This document shows positions 9,219 through 17,863 of a stretch of DNA of 64,000 nucleotides, in pieces. Each line of letters starts with the position of its first letter. Positions within the stretch are counted from its first letter, which is position 1. The translations under genes and the position numbers were made by a program. Source of the DNA: an uncultured bacterium (GTDB taxonomy: Bacteria > Krumholzibacteriota > Krumholzibacteriia > Krumholzibacteriales > Krumholzibacteriaceae); the NCBI GenBank assembly GCA_965369375.1, contig CBDUQN010000008.1, positions 654 through 64,653 of the forward strand. Reading direction: 5' to 3'. The notes under the pieces were generated by a model. The model was not told the origin of the DNA, ran no database searches, and worked only from the letters and a program-made list of their open reading frames with translations.

Positions 9219-9362
9219 GCCTTTCCGCTAAAATAGTTACATTCCAAACATTAAAATTAGTAGATAACACCTGCGTTCCCGTTTGTCAATGAAATCTGTC
9301 TCGTCGGAAAAAAATAGATTTACCGTAAGATTAAATTTAATGATACCTTAATATATTAGGTA

Positions 9363-9391
9363 TTGACTACGAGATTTTTGTTCATTACATT
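9363..9391 (+). promoter_or_regulatory. Candidate sigma70-type promoter of acs
   Basis: TTGACT (9363-9368), 17-nt spacer, TACATT (9386-9391). An AT-rich imperfect palindrome (9343-9363) abuts the -35 box. Confidence 0.45.
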
Positions 9392-9471
9392 ACAGATTCC
9401 TATCGCGTTCGTCGATAATTCCGCCCCTCGCACCTGCAGGGCGGAGCGAGAAACCTTGGAGGAGGTAACGC

Positions 9472-11430
9472 ATGCCGGAAGAAAAAAAGACAATTACGTC
9501 CATGCTCGACGAGAAGAGAAAATTCTCTCCGCCGGAGGAATTCGCGAAGAAGGCGTACATCAAGAGCAAGGACGATTATCTGAAGCTCTACAAAAAGTCC
9601 GAGGATAATCTTGAGGATTTCTGGGCGGAGCAGGCCGAGCTCATTCACTGGGACAAGAAGTGGGACCGGGTGCTCGAGTGGCAACCGCCCTTCTCCAAGT
9701 GGTTTATCGGCGGCAAGACGAATATTGCGTATAACTGTCTCGACAGGCATCTAGAGGACGGGCGTGCCGACAAGATTGCTATTATCTGGGAGGGCGAGCC
9801 CGAGGGTGAGACGAAGAAGTACACCTTTCGCGAGCTCCACGCCGAGGTCAGCAAGTTCGCGAATGTCCTTAAAAAGCATGGGATCAAGAAGGGCGACAGG
9901 GTCTGTCTCTACCTTCCGATGGTTCCCGAGCTCGCTATCGCGATGCTCGCCTGTGTCAGGATCGGCGCCATTCACAGCATCGTCTTCGGCGGATTCAGCG
10001 CCGAGTCGCTCAAGGGCCGGAACAATGACGCCGAGGCCAAGATGCTCATCACCGCCGACGGTTCGTGGCGCCGCGGCAAAGTGTTCCCGCTCAAGGACAA
10101 TGCGGACACGGCGCTCAAGGGTTCTCCGTCGATCGAGAAAGTCATCGTCGTCAAGAGAACGAACAACGAGATAAGCATGGAAGACGGCCGGGATACCTGG
10201 TGGCACGACGAGATGAAAGACGCGAGCCCCGATTGCCCTGTCGAGTGGTTGGATTCGGAGGATGTGTCGTTTATTCTGTATACGAGCGGAACGACGGGTA
10301 AGCCGAAGGGGGTCGTGCACACAACGGCGGGATATCTCCTGTTTGTCACGATGACCTCGAAGCTCGTCTTCGATATCAAGGACGAGGATATCTACTGGTG
10401 CACCGCCGATATCGGCTGGATCACCGGTCATTCCTACATTATTTATGGTCCCTTGAGTCTCGGCGCGACGACACTCATGTTCGAAGGCGTGCCCAACTAC
10501 CCGGAACCGGACCGCTTCTGGGAGATCGTCGAGAAGTACAAAGTCAGCATATTCTACACGGCGCCGACCGCGATCAGGGCCATCGCCCGAGATGGTAATG
10601 AATGGCCCGCGAAGCGCGACCTCTCTAGTCTGCGCCTGCTCGGCACCGTCGGCGAACCGATCAATCCCGAGGCGTGGATGTGGTACCATAAGTTTATCGG
10701 CGGCGAGCGCTGCCCGATCGTCGATACGTGGTGGCAGACAGAGACGGGAGGAATCCTCATTACACCGCTTCCCGGCGCCTGGGATACCAAGCCCGGTTCG
10801 GCGACGCTTCCTTTCCCCGGTGTCTTCCCCCAGGTCGTGCGTGAGGACGGTTCCCCGTGCGAAACCAACGAGGGAGGCTACCTCGTCATTCGCCGGCCGT
10901 GGCCCGGCATGCTGAGAACGGTATGGGGCGACGAACAGCGGTACAAGGACCAGTACTTCAGCCGCTTCAAGGATGTCTACTTCACCGGAGACGGTGCGCG
11001 CCAGGACGAGGACGGCTACTTCTGGATCATGGGGCGCGTCGATGACGTGATCAACGTCTCGGGTCACCGGATCGGTACGATGGAGGTCGAGAGCGCGCTC
11101 GTAAGCCACGAGGTAGTCGCCGAGGCGGCCATCGTACCCATGCCGCACGAGATCAAGGGTCAGGGCCTCTATGCGTTTGTGACGCTCATCGGCGGCGTGG
11201 ACAAGACCGATGAGCTCAAGAAGGAGCTGCGGGAGCACGTCGGCAAGGAGATCGGTCCGATCGCAAAGCCGGATAAGATCCAGTTCGCCGACGCGCTGCC
11301 CAAGACGCGAAGCGGCAAGATCATGAGGAGAATCCTCAAGAGCATCGCCGCGGGCAACGAGGATGTTGGTGACACGACGACGTTGGCGGATCCGACGGTT
11401 GTTCATCATCTTCTCGAAGAGCGTCTGTAA
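9472..11430 (+). CDS. acs: Acetyl-CoA synthetase (AMP-forming)
   Basis: 652 aa with [20 protein letters not shown] and [11 protein letters not shown] motifs. GGAGGAGG lies upstream of the start. Confidence 0.95.
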   Translation: MPEEKKTITSMLDEKRKFSPPEEFAKKAYIKSKDDYLKLYKKSEDNLEDFWAEQAELIHWDKKWDRVLEWQPPFSKWFIGGKTNIAYNCLDRHLEDGRADKIAIIWEGEPEGETKKYTFRELHAEVSKFANVLKKHGIKKGDRVCLYLPMVPELAIAMLACVRIGAIHSIVFGGFSAESLKGRNNDAEAKMLITADGSWRRGKVFPLKDNADTALKGSPSIEKVIVVKRTNNEISMEDGRDTWWHDEMKDASPDCPVEWLDSEDVSFILYTSGTTGKPKGVVHTTAGYLLFVTMTSKLVFDIKDEDIYWCTADIGWITGHSYIIYGPLSLGATTLMFEGVPNYPEPDRFWEIVEKYKVSIFYTAPTAIRAIARDGNEWPAKRDLSSLRLLGTVGEPINPEAWMWYHKFIGGERCPIVDTWWQTETGGILITPLPGAWDTKPGSATLPFPGVFPQVVREDGSPCETNEGGYLVIRRPWPGMLRTVWGDEQRYKDQYFSRFKDVYFTGDGARQDEDGYFWIMGRVDDVINVSGHRIGTMEVESALVSHEVVAEAAIVPMPHEIKGQGLYAFVTLIGGVDKTDELKKELREHVGKEIGPIAKPDKIQFADALPKTRSGKIMRRILKSIAAGNEDVGDTTTLADPTVVHHLLEERL

Positions 11431-11459
11431 AACGATAATACTGGTATAAAACGTAAAAA

Positions 11460-11490
11460 GGGTGGAAGCCATAGCTCCCACCCTTTTTTT
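11460..11490. terminator. Bidirectional intrinsic terminator between convergent acs and the DHOD-like gene
   Basis: AAAAA, then GGGTGG...CCACCC with an inner AGC/GCT extension, then TTTTTTT (11484-11490). The A tract on the other side serves the minus strand. Confidence 0.7.
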
Positions 11491-11545
11491 ATTGACAATC
11501 CGAGGCGGATCGTGGTGTTCTGGCCGCCGCGGGAAAGCCGGCAGC

Positions 11546-12532
11546 CTAACCGCTTATCACTTTCATGTAATTCGCCCTTTCGAATGCGGCGGGCTCGGCA
11601 ATCGACTCCTGGCTCATCACACCCTGCATCTGAGAGATGGAATCATATCCCTTCTCGTCCATCCACGCGAGAAGTCCCGACCGTAGCTCTGCGAGATACG
11701 GAATTCCATTCTTGAGCAGGGCGGAGGTCGTCATGACGGCGCTCGCGCCGGCAAGAATACATTTGATGGTGTCCTCTGCAGTGTGCACGCCGCCCGTCAC
11801 CGAGAGATCGGTCTTAAGGCGTCCGAAGAGTATCGCCACCCAGCGGATTCTCAGCAATAACTCGTCCGGGGTGCTGAGCTTGAGGCGGGAAATCACCTCG
11901 AGCTTTTCGGGATCGATGTCGGGCTGGTAGAAACGGTTGAAGAGAGCGAGTCCGCCGGCGCCCGCCTCGGCGAGACGCGTGGCTATATTCGGAATTGAGC
12001 TGAAGAACGGGCTGAGCTTGACAGAGACGGGGATGTTCAGGTCTTTCTTTATCTCTTTCACGAGCTCGACATAGTTCTCCTCTATCGCGTCGCCGGCCAC
12101 GCCGGCGTCGGTAGGGAGGAAGTAGATATTGAGCTCGAGGCCGTCGGCGCCGGCCTGCTCGATTTCCTTCGCGTACCTGATCCAGCCTCCCGCGGATATA
12201 CCGTTCAGGCTGCCGATAACGGGAATCCCGACCGCTTCCTTCACCTTCCGCAAGTGTTCGACGTATTCATCGGGGGCGAACCGGAATTTTTCGAACGCCG
12301 GAAAGTAATTCAGGGCTTCGGCGAAAGTCTCGGTGCCCTGCAAAAGATTCTCGTTGAGCATCTCTTCCTCTATCGTGACCTGCTCCTCGAAGAGCGAATG
12401 AAGGATCACCGCCGCGGCCCCGTTGTCTTCCATCTCCTTGATCTTGCCGATATCCCTCATGAGCGAAGAGGAGGAGGCCACGATGGGATTCTCGAGTGTC
12501 AGCCCCGAGTATGTTGTCGAGAGATTTGCCAT
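11546..12532 (-). CDS. Dihydroorotate dehydrogenase-like protein (class 1 DHOD/DPD-like TIM-barrel flavoprotein, function unknown)
   Basis: N-terminus LSTTYSGLTLENPIVASSSSL, plus GADGLELN and VTGGVHTAEDTIKCILAGASAV. It lies 17 nt downstream of PFOR on the same strand. Confidence 0.7.
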   Translation of the reverse strand: MANLSTTYSGLTLENPIVASSSSLMRDIGKIKEMEDNGAAAVILHSLFEEQVTIEEEMLNENLLQGTETFAEALNYFPAFEKFRFAPDEYVEHLRKVKEAVGIPVIGSLNGISAGGWIRYAKEIEQAGADGLELNIYFLPTDAGVAGDAIEENYVELVKEIKKDLNIPVSVKLSPFFSSIPNIATRLAEAGAGGLALFNRFYQPDIDPEKLEVISRLKLSTPDELLLRIRWVAILFGRLKTDLSVTGGVHTAEDTIKCILAGASAVMTTSALLKNGIPYLAELRSGLLAWMDEKGYDSISQMQGVMSQESIAEPAAFERANYMKVISG

Positions 12533-12549
12533 GTCATGCCCCTTTCCGG

Positions 12550-15500
12550 CTACTCGTTTTCGTCGTACTGAAGGGAGGCCATATGCTCATAGTTCTTCCA
12601 GCGCCTATTGACATCCGCTTGGGCCTCCTTGAGAAGCTCCGCGGCCTCATCGGGAATCGTATGACGTAATATGTTGTAACGGTTCTCTTTATAGATGTAC
12701 TCTTCGAGAGGGATGCTCGGTGCTTTTGAGTCGAGCTGCAGAGGGTTTTTCCCCTCCTTGATGAGCTCGGGATTGAATCGAATCAACGGCCAGTACCCGG
12801 AATTCACGGCACGCTTCTGCTGCTCGAATCCATTGATCAGGTTGAATCCATGCCCGATGCAGTGGCTGTAGGCGATGATGATCGATGGGCCGTCGTAGGC
12901 TTCCGCCTCGAGAAATGCCTTTATCGTCTGGCCTTCGCTTGCTCCCATGGCGATGCGTGCGACGTAGACGCTGCCGTATGACATGGCCATCCATGCGAGA
13001 TCCTTCTTCGGTGTCCGCTTTCCCGCCGCGGCGAATTTGGCCACGGCGCCGAGCGGCGTCGCCTTGGACATCTGCCCCCCGGTATTCGAGTAGGTCTCGG
13101 TGTCCAAGACGAGGATGTTTACGTTTCGTTTCTGTGCGATAACGTGATCGAGTCCGCCGTATCCGATATCGTACGCCCATCCGTCACCTCCGAGAATCCA
13201 TACGCTCTTTTTCACGAGCACGTCGGCGATCCCGAGCAGGTCCTTCGCTTCCGACTGCTCGAGTCCGGAGAGTTTGTTCTTTAGCTTCTCCACGCGGGAG
13301 CGCTGCTCCTTGATGCCGCTTTCGCTCGACTGGTCGGTTCCGGATAGCTCCGCAACGAGTTTTTTCCCGATCTTCGCCGAGAGCTTGCCGAGGAGCAGGT
13401 GGGCGTAATCGATCTGCTTGTCGAGGGCGAGACGCATGCCGAAACCGAACTCCGCGACATCCTCGAAGAGGGAGTTGTTCCAGGCGACTCCGCGTCCGTC
13501 GGCATTCTTCGCCCAGGGCGTGGCCGGGAGATTTCCGCCGTAGATCGAACTGCAGCCGGTGGCGTTTCCGATCAAAGCACGGTCGCCGAAGAGCTGGCTG
13601 AGGAGCTTGACGTACGGTGTCTCGCCGCAGCCGGCGCACGCGCCGCTGAATTCGAAGAGGGGCTCTAGAAACTGCACGCCGCGTGTTACCGTGCGGTTGA
13701 CCTTTTCGCGGCCGATGTAGGGGATGGTGAGGAAGAACTCCCAGCTCTCCTTCTCCCGTTCCCGGATCGGCGGCTGCTCCTCCATGTTGAGCGCTTTCCT
13801 GTCCGCCTTTTTCTTGTTCTTCGCGGGGCATGTCACAACGCAGAGGGAACACTGCGTGCAGTCTTCGGGGGATACCTGGACGGTGTATTTCATTCCCTTG
13901 TAATCCTTGGCCTTCGCGTCCGCTGATTTGAAAGTCGACGGCGCGTGCCCGAGAGCTCCCGGTTCATAGACTTTCGATCTGATCACCGCGTGCGGACAGA
14001 CGAGAACACAGCGACCGCACTGGATACAGACATCGGGGTCCCAGACGGGGATCTCGAGCGCGATGTTGCGCTTCTCCCATTTCGTCGTGCCGCTCGGGAA
14101 GGTGCCGTCGGGCTCGAAGGCGCTGACCGGCAGATCGTCGCCTTCCTTGGCGATCATCTTGCCGAGCACCTCACGGACATACTCGGGCGCCTCTTCTGCT
14201 ACCGGCGGGAGCATCTCCCGTTTGCTCGTTACTTTCTTCGGATACTTGATCTCGTGGAGATGGCCGGGAGCCCTGTCAACCGCTTCATAATTCATCTTGA
14301 TGATTTTTTCGCCCCTGCTGCCGTACGTCTTCTTGGTGAAGTGCTTGATCCGTTCGATAGCTTCTTCCTTCGGGAGAATACCGCTGAGAATGAAGAAACA
14401 GGCCTGCATGATCGTATTGATTCGTGTACCGAGGCCTATTTCATTCGCGATCTTGTAGGCGTCAATGACATAGAAGCGCAGCTGTTTATCGATGATTTCC
14501 TTTTGTACCTCTTTCGGCAGCCGATCCCACGTTTCGTCGGTGGGGAAGGGGCTGTTGAGCAGGAATGTCGCGCCGGGCTCGGCGACCTTGAGGGCATTGA
14601 AGCGTTCCATGAACGGGAACTGGTGGCATGCAACGAAGGTCGCCTTCCCGATGAGATAGGGCGATGGAATCGGATCGGGACCGAAACGCAGGTGGGAAAC
14701 GGTGAGCGACCCGGCTTTTTTCGAGTCATAGACGAAATAGCCCTGCGCGTAGTTGTCCGTTTCCTCGCCGATGATTTTGATCGAGCTCTTGTTTGCGCTC
14801 ACTGTGCCGTCGGCGCCGAGACCGAAAAAGACCGCGCGGGTTTCACCGGGTTTTTCGAGGGCATAGGCGGGATCGTACGCAAGGCTCGTGTTGGTAACAT
14901 CGTCGATGATGCCGACGGTGAAGTGATTCTTCGGCTCCTTCAGTTTCATGTTGTCGAGTACGCCGACGACCATCCCCGGAGTGAATTCCTTCGACGAGAG
15001 ACCGTACCGTCCGCCGATGACCTTCACCATTTTTCCGAACTTTGAGCCGTCCGCTTCGATATGCTCGTAGAGTGCCGCGATAATATCTTCGTAGAGCGGT
15101 TCGCCGATGGCGCCCGGTTCCTTCGTGCGGTCGAGGGCGCAGATAAGCTTGACTGTCTTGGGAAGGGCGCCGATAAAGTGCTCGATAGAGAAGGGGCGGT
15201 AGAGACGAACCTTTACGAGGCCGACCTTCTCTCCCTGCTTCACGAGGTGCTCGACCGTCTCACTGACCGTCTCGGTGCCGGAACCCATGATGACGATCAC
15301 GTACTCGGCGTCGGGAGCTCCCTCGTACTGGAAGAGCTCGTATCTTCGGCCTACTACCTTTTCAAACCGTTTCATAACACTCTCGACGATGCCGGGACAG
15401 GCATCGTAGAAAGGATTGATCGTTTCACGCGCCTGGAAGAATGTATCGGGATTCTGGGCCGTCCCCCTAATAACCGGCGCGTCGGGGCTGAGCGCCCGTT

Positions 15501-16113
15501 CCCGGTGCGCCCGAACCAGATCGTCATCGATCATCGCGCGGAAATCATCGTCTTCGAGAAGCTCGACCTTGGCGACCTCGTGAGAGGTACGGAAGCCGTC
15601 GAAGAAATGCAGAAACGGCACTCTAGATTCGAGGGTCGAGGCGCCGGCGATGAGCGCGATATCCATCGCCTCCTGAACGGAGTTCGATGCAATGAGCCCG
15701 AAACCGGTGGACCGAACGGCCATCACATCGCTGTGGTCACCGAAAATGGAGAGGGCGTGTGTCGCAACGGTGCGGGCGGAGACATTGATGAGAACCGGCG
15801 AGAGCTCGCCGGCCATCTTGAACATGCTCGGTATCATGAGCAGAAGCCCCTGCGAGGCGGTAAAGGTCGTCGTGAGGCCTCCGCGCTGCAGCGAACCGTG
15901 CACCGCAGCCGATGCGCCACCCTCGCTCTGCATCTCCTGCACGAGGGGGATAACGCCCCAGATATTGGTCCTGCCCTTCGCCGACCATTCATCGGCCAGC
16001 TCACCCATGGATGACGATGGTGTAATTGGATAAATTGCAATGACCTCACTGATTTTGTGAGCTGAATATGTAGTGGCTTCATTGCCGTCGATCATCGCTT
16101 TCTCTCTCGCCAT
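12550..16113 (-). CDS. nifJ: Pyruvate:ferredoxin (flavodoxin) oxidoreductase, single-polypeptide type
   Basis: 1187 aa. N-terminus DGNEATTYSAHKISEVIAIYPITPSS, ferredoxin motifs CIQCGRCVLVCP and CTQCSLCVVTCP, and TPP region GGDGWAYDIGYGGLDH. Confidence 0.95.
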   Translation of the reverse strand: MAREKAMIDGNEATTYSAHKISEVIAIYPITPSSSMGELADEWSAKGRTNIWGVIPLVQEMQSEGGASAAVHGSLQRGGLTTTFTASQGLLLMIPSMFKMAGELSPVLINVSARTVATHALSIFGDHSDVMAVRSTGFGLIASNSVQEAMDIALIAGASTLESRVPFLHFFDGFRTSHEVAKVELLEDDDFRAMIDDDLVRAHRERALSPDAPVIRGTAQNPDTFFQARETINPFYDACPGIVESVMKRFEKVVGRRYELFQYEGAPDAEYVIVIMGSGTETVSETVEHLVKQGEKVGLVKVRLYRPFSIEHFIGALPKTVKLICALDRTKEPGAIGEPLYEDIIAALYEHIEADGSKFGKMVKVIGGRYGLSSKEFTPGMVVGVLDNMKLKEPKNHFTVGIIDDVTNTSLAYDPAYALEKPGETRAVFFGLGADGTVSANKSSIKIIGEETDNYAQGYFVYDSKKAGSLTVSHLRFGPDPIPSPYLIGKATFVACHQFPFMERFNALKVAEPGATFLLNSPFPTDETWDRLPKEVQKEIIDKQLRFYVIDAYKIANEIGLGTRINTIMQACFFILSGILPKEEAIERIKHFTKKTYGSRGEKIIKMNYEAVDRAPGHLHEIKYPKKVTSKREMLPPVAEEAPEYVREVLGKMIAKEGDDLPVSAFEPDGTFPSGTTKWEKRNIALEIPVWDPDVCIQCGRCVLVCPHAVIRSKVYEPGALGHAPSTFKSADAKAKDYKGMKYTVQVSPEDCTQCSLCVVTCPAKNKKKADRKALNMEEQPPIREREKESWEFFLTIPYIGREKVNRTVTRGVQFLEPLFEFSGACAGCGETPYVKLLSQLFGDRALIGNATGCSSIYGGNLPATPWAKNADGRGVAWNNSLFEDVAEFGFGMRLALDKQIDYAHLLLGKLSAKIGKKLVAELSGTDQSSESGIKEQRSRVEKLKNKLSGLEQSEAKDLLGIADVLVKKSVWILGGDGWAYDIGYGGLDHVIAQKRNVNILVLDTETYSNTGGQMSKATPLGAVAKFAAAGKRTPKKDLAWMAMSYGSVYVARIAMGASEGQTIKAFLEAEAYDGPSIIIAYSHCIGHGFNLINGFEQQKRAVNSGYWPLIRFNPELIKEGKNPLQLDSKAPSIPLEEYIYKENRYNILRHTIPDEAAELLKEAQADVNRRWKNYEHMASLQYDENE

Positions 16114-16301
16114 ACTTGTCTCCTCCGGCTGTGCAAAGCTATCGGTTAGCGCTCCTTGTTAACAAAGAAATAGAGCATATCCCTTATATCCTCTCACATA
16201 CAATCCTTGCCGTGAGGATGAACGAGGATATACTCTCAGATAAGTTTAATGTTTTTATTCTGAAAGTCGAGCAAAAATTCTTGGGAGGCAAACCGCCGGA
16301 A

Positions 16302-16360
16302 GGGTCGGGGTGGAGAGAGGGGTCGGGGTGGCAGCGATCGGGGTGGCGATCGGGGTGGAG
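16302..16360. repeat. G-rich degenerate tandem array: TCGGGGTGG x4, five GGGG runs
   Basis: TCGGGGTGG at 16305-16313, 16323-16331, 16338-16346 and 16350-16358 (spacings 18/15/12). GGGG runs at 16307, 16319, 16325, 16340 and 16352. The array ends 8 nt before the TTGACA at 16367. Confidence 0.9.
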
Positions 16361-16366
16361 AGAACG

Positions 16367-16395
16367 TTGACAACGGGGAGCATTTGGACTAAACT
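16367..16395 (+). promoter_or_regulatory. Candidate sigma70-type promoter of glmM-glmS
   Basis: TTGACA (16367-16372), 17-nt spacer, TAAACT (16390-16395). Confidence 0.45.
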
Positions 16396-16460
16396 TAAAT
16401 AATGTTGTAGGTTACTTTTCATTTCATGTGGGGTGGCTTGTGCGAAGAGATGGAGTGTTG

Positions 16461-17795
16461 ATGGTCAGTGTTTCCGGCGTGAGAGGCATTCTCGGGACGG
16501 GAATGAATCCGGACGTTGCGACCCGGTACACAGCCGCCTTCTCATACCGCAAGAGGAACGGGCTCGTTGTGGTCGGCCGTGATACGAGGGCGTCGGGCCC
16601 TCTGCTCGCTTCGGCCGTTTTTTCCACATTGCGCTTCAATGGGATAGATGTAATAGATCTTGGAGTGGCATCGACGCCGACCGTCGAGATCATGGTCGAG
16701 GAAATCGGGGCGGATGGCGGGATTATCATTACGGCAAGCCACAACGGTCCGGAGTGGAATGCGCTCAAGTTTCTTCGAAGCGACGGGGAGTTTCTCTCCG
16801 CCGAGGAGATGGAAGAAGTCGAGCTGAAGGCCGAGAGCGGCGTTGGCTTCTTCGGCATGTTAGAGAGAATCGGCGAGCTTACCAGGAATGATTCGGGGGA
16901 TGCCGTGCACATACGCAAGATCCTCGAGCTCGAGCGTATCGACAAGGAGCTGATTTCAGCGAGGGGTTTCAAGGCGGCGGTCGACTGCGTGAACGGCGCG
17001 GGGAGCCGCATCATACCCGCTCTGCTGCGCAGCCTCGGCGTTTCGGTCGTCGAGCTCTACACGGACGTTGATGCGCCGTTTCCGCACGAGCCGGAACCGC
17101 GGCCGGAGAACCTGAAGGAACTCTCGGAGCTCGTCAGGCGGGAGGGCGCCGATATCGGTTTTGCCTGCGACCCGGATGCGGACAGACTGGTGCTCGTCGA
17201 TGAAGATGGAACGGTGTGCAGCGAGGAGTTGACACTCGCGGTATGCGCCGATTTTGTGCTCACGCACGATAAAGGGCCGCTCGTCGCCAACCTCTCCTCG
17301 AGCAGGCTCCTGGACGATATCGGCCGCATGCACGATTGTCCGGTGGAGCGATCGAAAGTGGGCGAGGCGAATGTGATCGAGGCGATGAAGAAGGCGGGGG
17401 CGGTCATCGGTGGAGAGGGAAACGGGGGTGTCATGTACCCGCCCCTTCATTATGGGCGCGACGCGATGGTTGGAATTGCGCTCGTGCTGCAATTGCTCGC
17501 CGAAGAGAATTGCACGCTCAAGGAAAAGGTTTCCATACTGCCTCAATACAGCATCGTGAAGGAAAAAGTACCGTTCGAGAAGCCTATTGTGGGAGTGGAA
17601 GAGCAATTGAAAAAAAAGTTCCCCGGCACGATTAGTACAATTGATGGCATTAGAATTGATATGGATGAGGGTTGGATACACCTGAGGAGATCCAACACGG
17701 AACCCGTTGTGAGAATAATTGCAGAATCAGGCACGCACGAAGACGCCGGCAGGCTGGCGCGGGATGTGCGTAGAATTTTCGAAACTCTGAGATGA
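16461..17795 (+). CDS. glmM: Phosphoglucosamine mutase / alpha-D-phosphohexomutase family
   Basis: Phosphoserine loop TASHNGPEWNALKF, metal loop FACDPDADRL and GGEGNGG. GGAG lies 5 nt before ATG 16461; the tracked ORF opens at GTG 16428. It lies directly upstream of glmS. Confidence 0.75.
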   Translation: MVSVSGVRGILGTGMNPDVATRYTAAFSYRKRNGLVVVGRDTRASGPLLASAVFSTLRFNGIDVIDLGVASTPTVEIMVEEIGADGGIIITASHNGPEWNALKFLRSDGEFLSAEEMEEVELKAESGVGFFGMLERIGELTRNDSGDAVHIRKILELERIDKELISARGFKAAVDCVNGAGSRIIPALLRSLGVSVVELYTDVDAPFPHEPEPRPENLKELSELVRREGADIGFACDPDADRLVLVDEDGTVCSEELTLAVCADFVLTHDKGPLVANLSSSRLLDDIGRMHDCPVERSKVGEANVIEAMKKAGAVIGGEGNGGVMYPPLHYGRDAMVGIALVLQLLAEENCTLKEKVSILPQYSIVKEKVPFEKPIVGVEEQLKKKFPGTISTIDGIRIDMDEGWIHLRRSNTEPVVRIIAESGTHEDAGRLARDVRRIFETLR

Positions 17796-17863
17796 GGCGG
17801 CGGATTCGCCGATTGCCGAGGCGAAGCAGCGGTGAACAACTCCACTGGTAGAGAGGTGCTCTT

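Noticed and set aside
16156-16165. Perfect 10-bp palindromes of the form TTGT-NN-ACAA upstream of nifJ (TTGTTAACAA, 16156-16165) and upstream of the BNR lipoprotein gene (TTGTATACAA, 37875-37884), as a possible shared operator.
   Set aside because: About 60 perfect 10-bp palindromes, and about one TTGTNNACAA, are expected by chance in 64 kb. Two occurrences are not significant without genome-wide enrichment or conservation, so I record them only as a lead.
16116-16370. An 84-aa ORF ending in GSGWREGSGWQRSGWRSGWRER repeats.
   Set aside because: The repeat peptide is just the translation of the G-rich DNA array. There is no RBS, it overlaps the divergent promoter region, and the remainder is AT-rich non-coding sequence.
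17796-17863. Possible glmS ribozyme in front of glmS.
   Set aside because: The glmM-glmS gap is only 68 nt, far shorter than the ~170-nt ribozyme, and it lacks the ribozyme's conserved core. glmS is simply co-transcribed with glmM.
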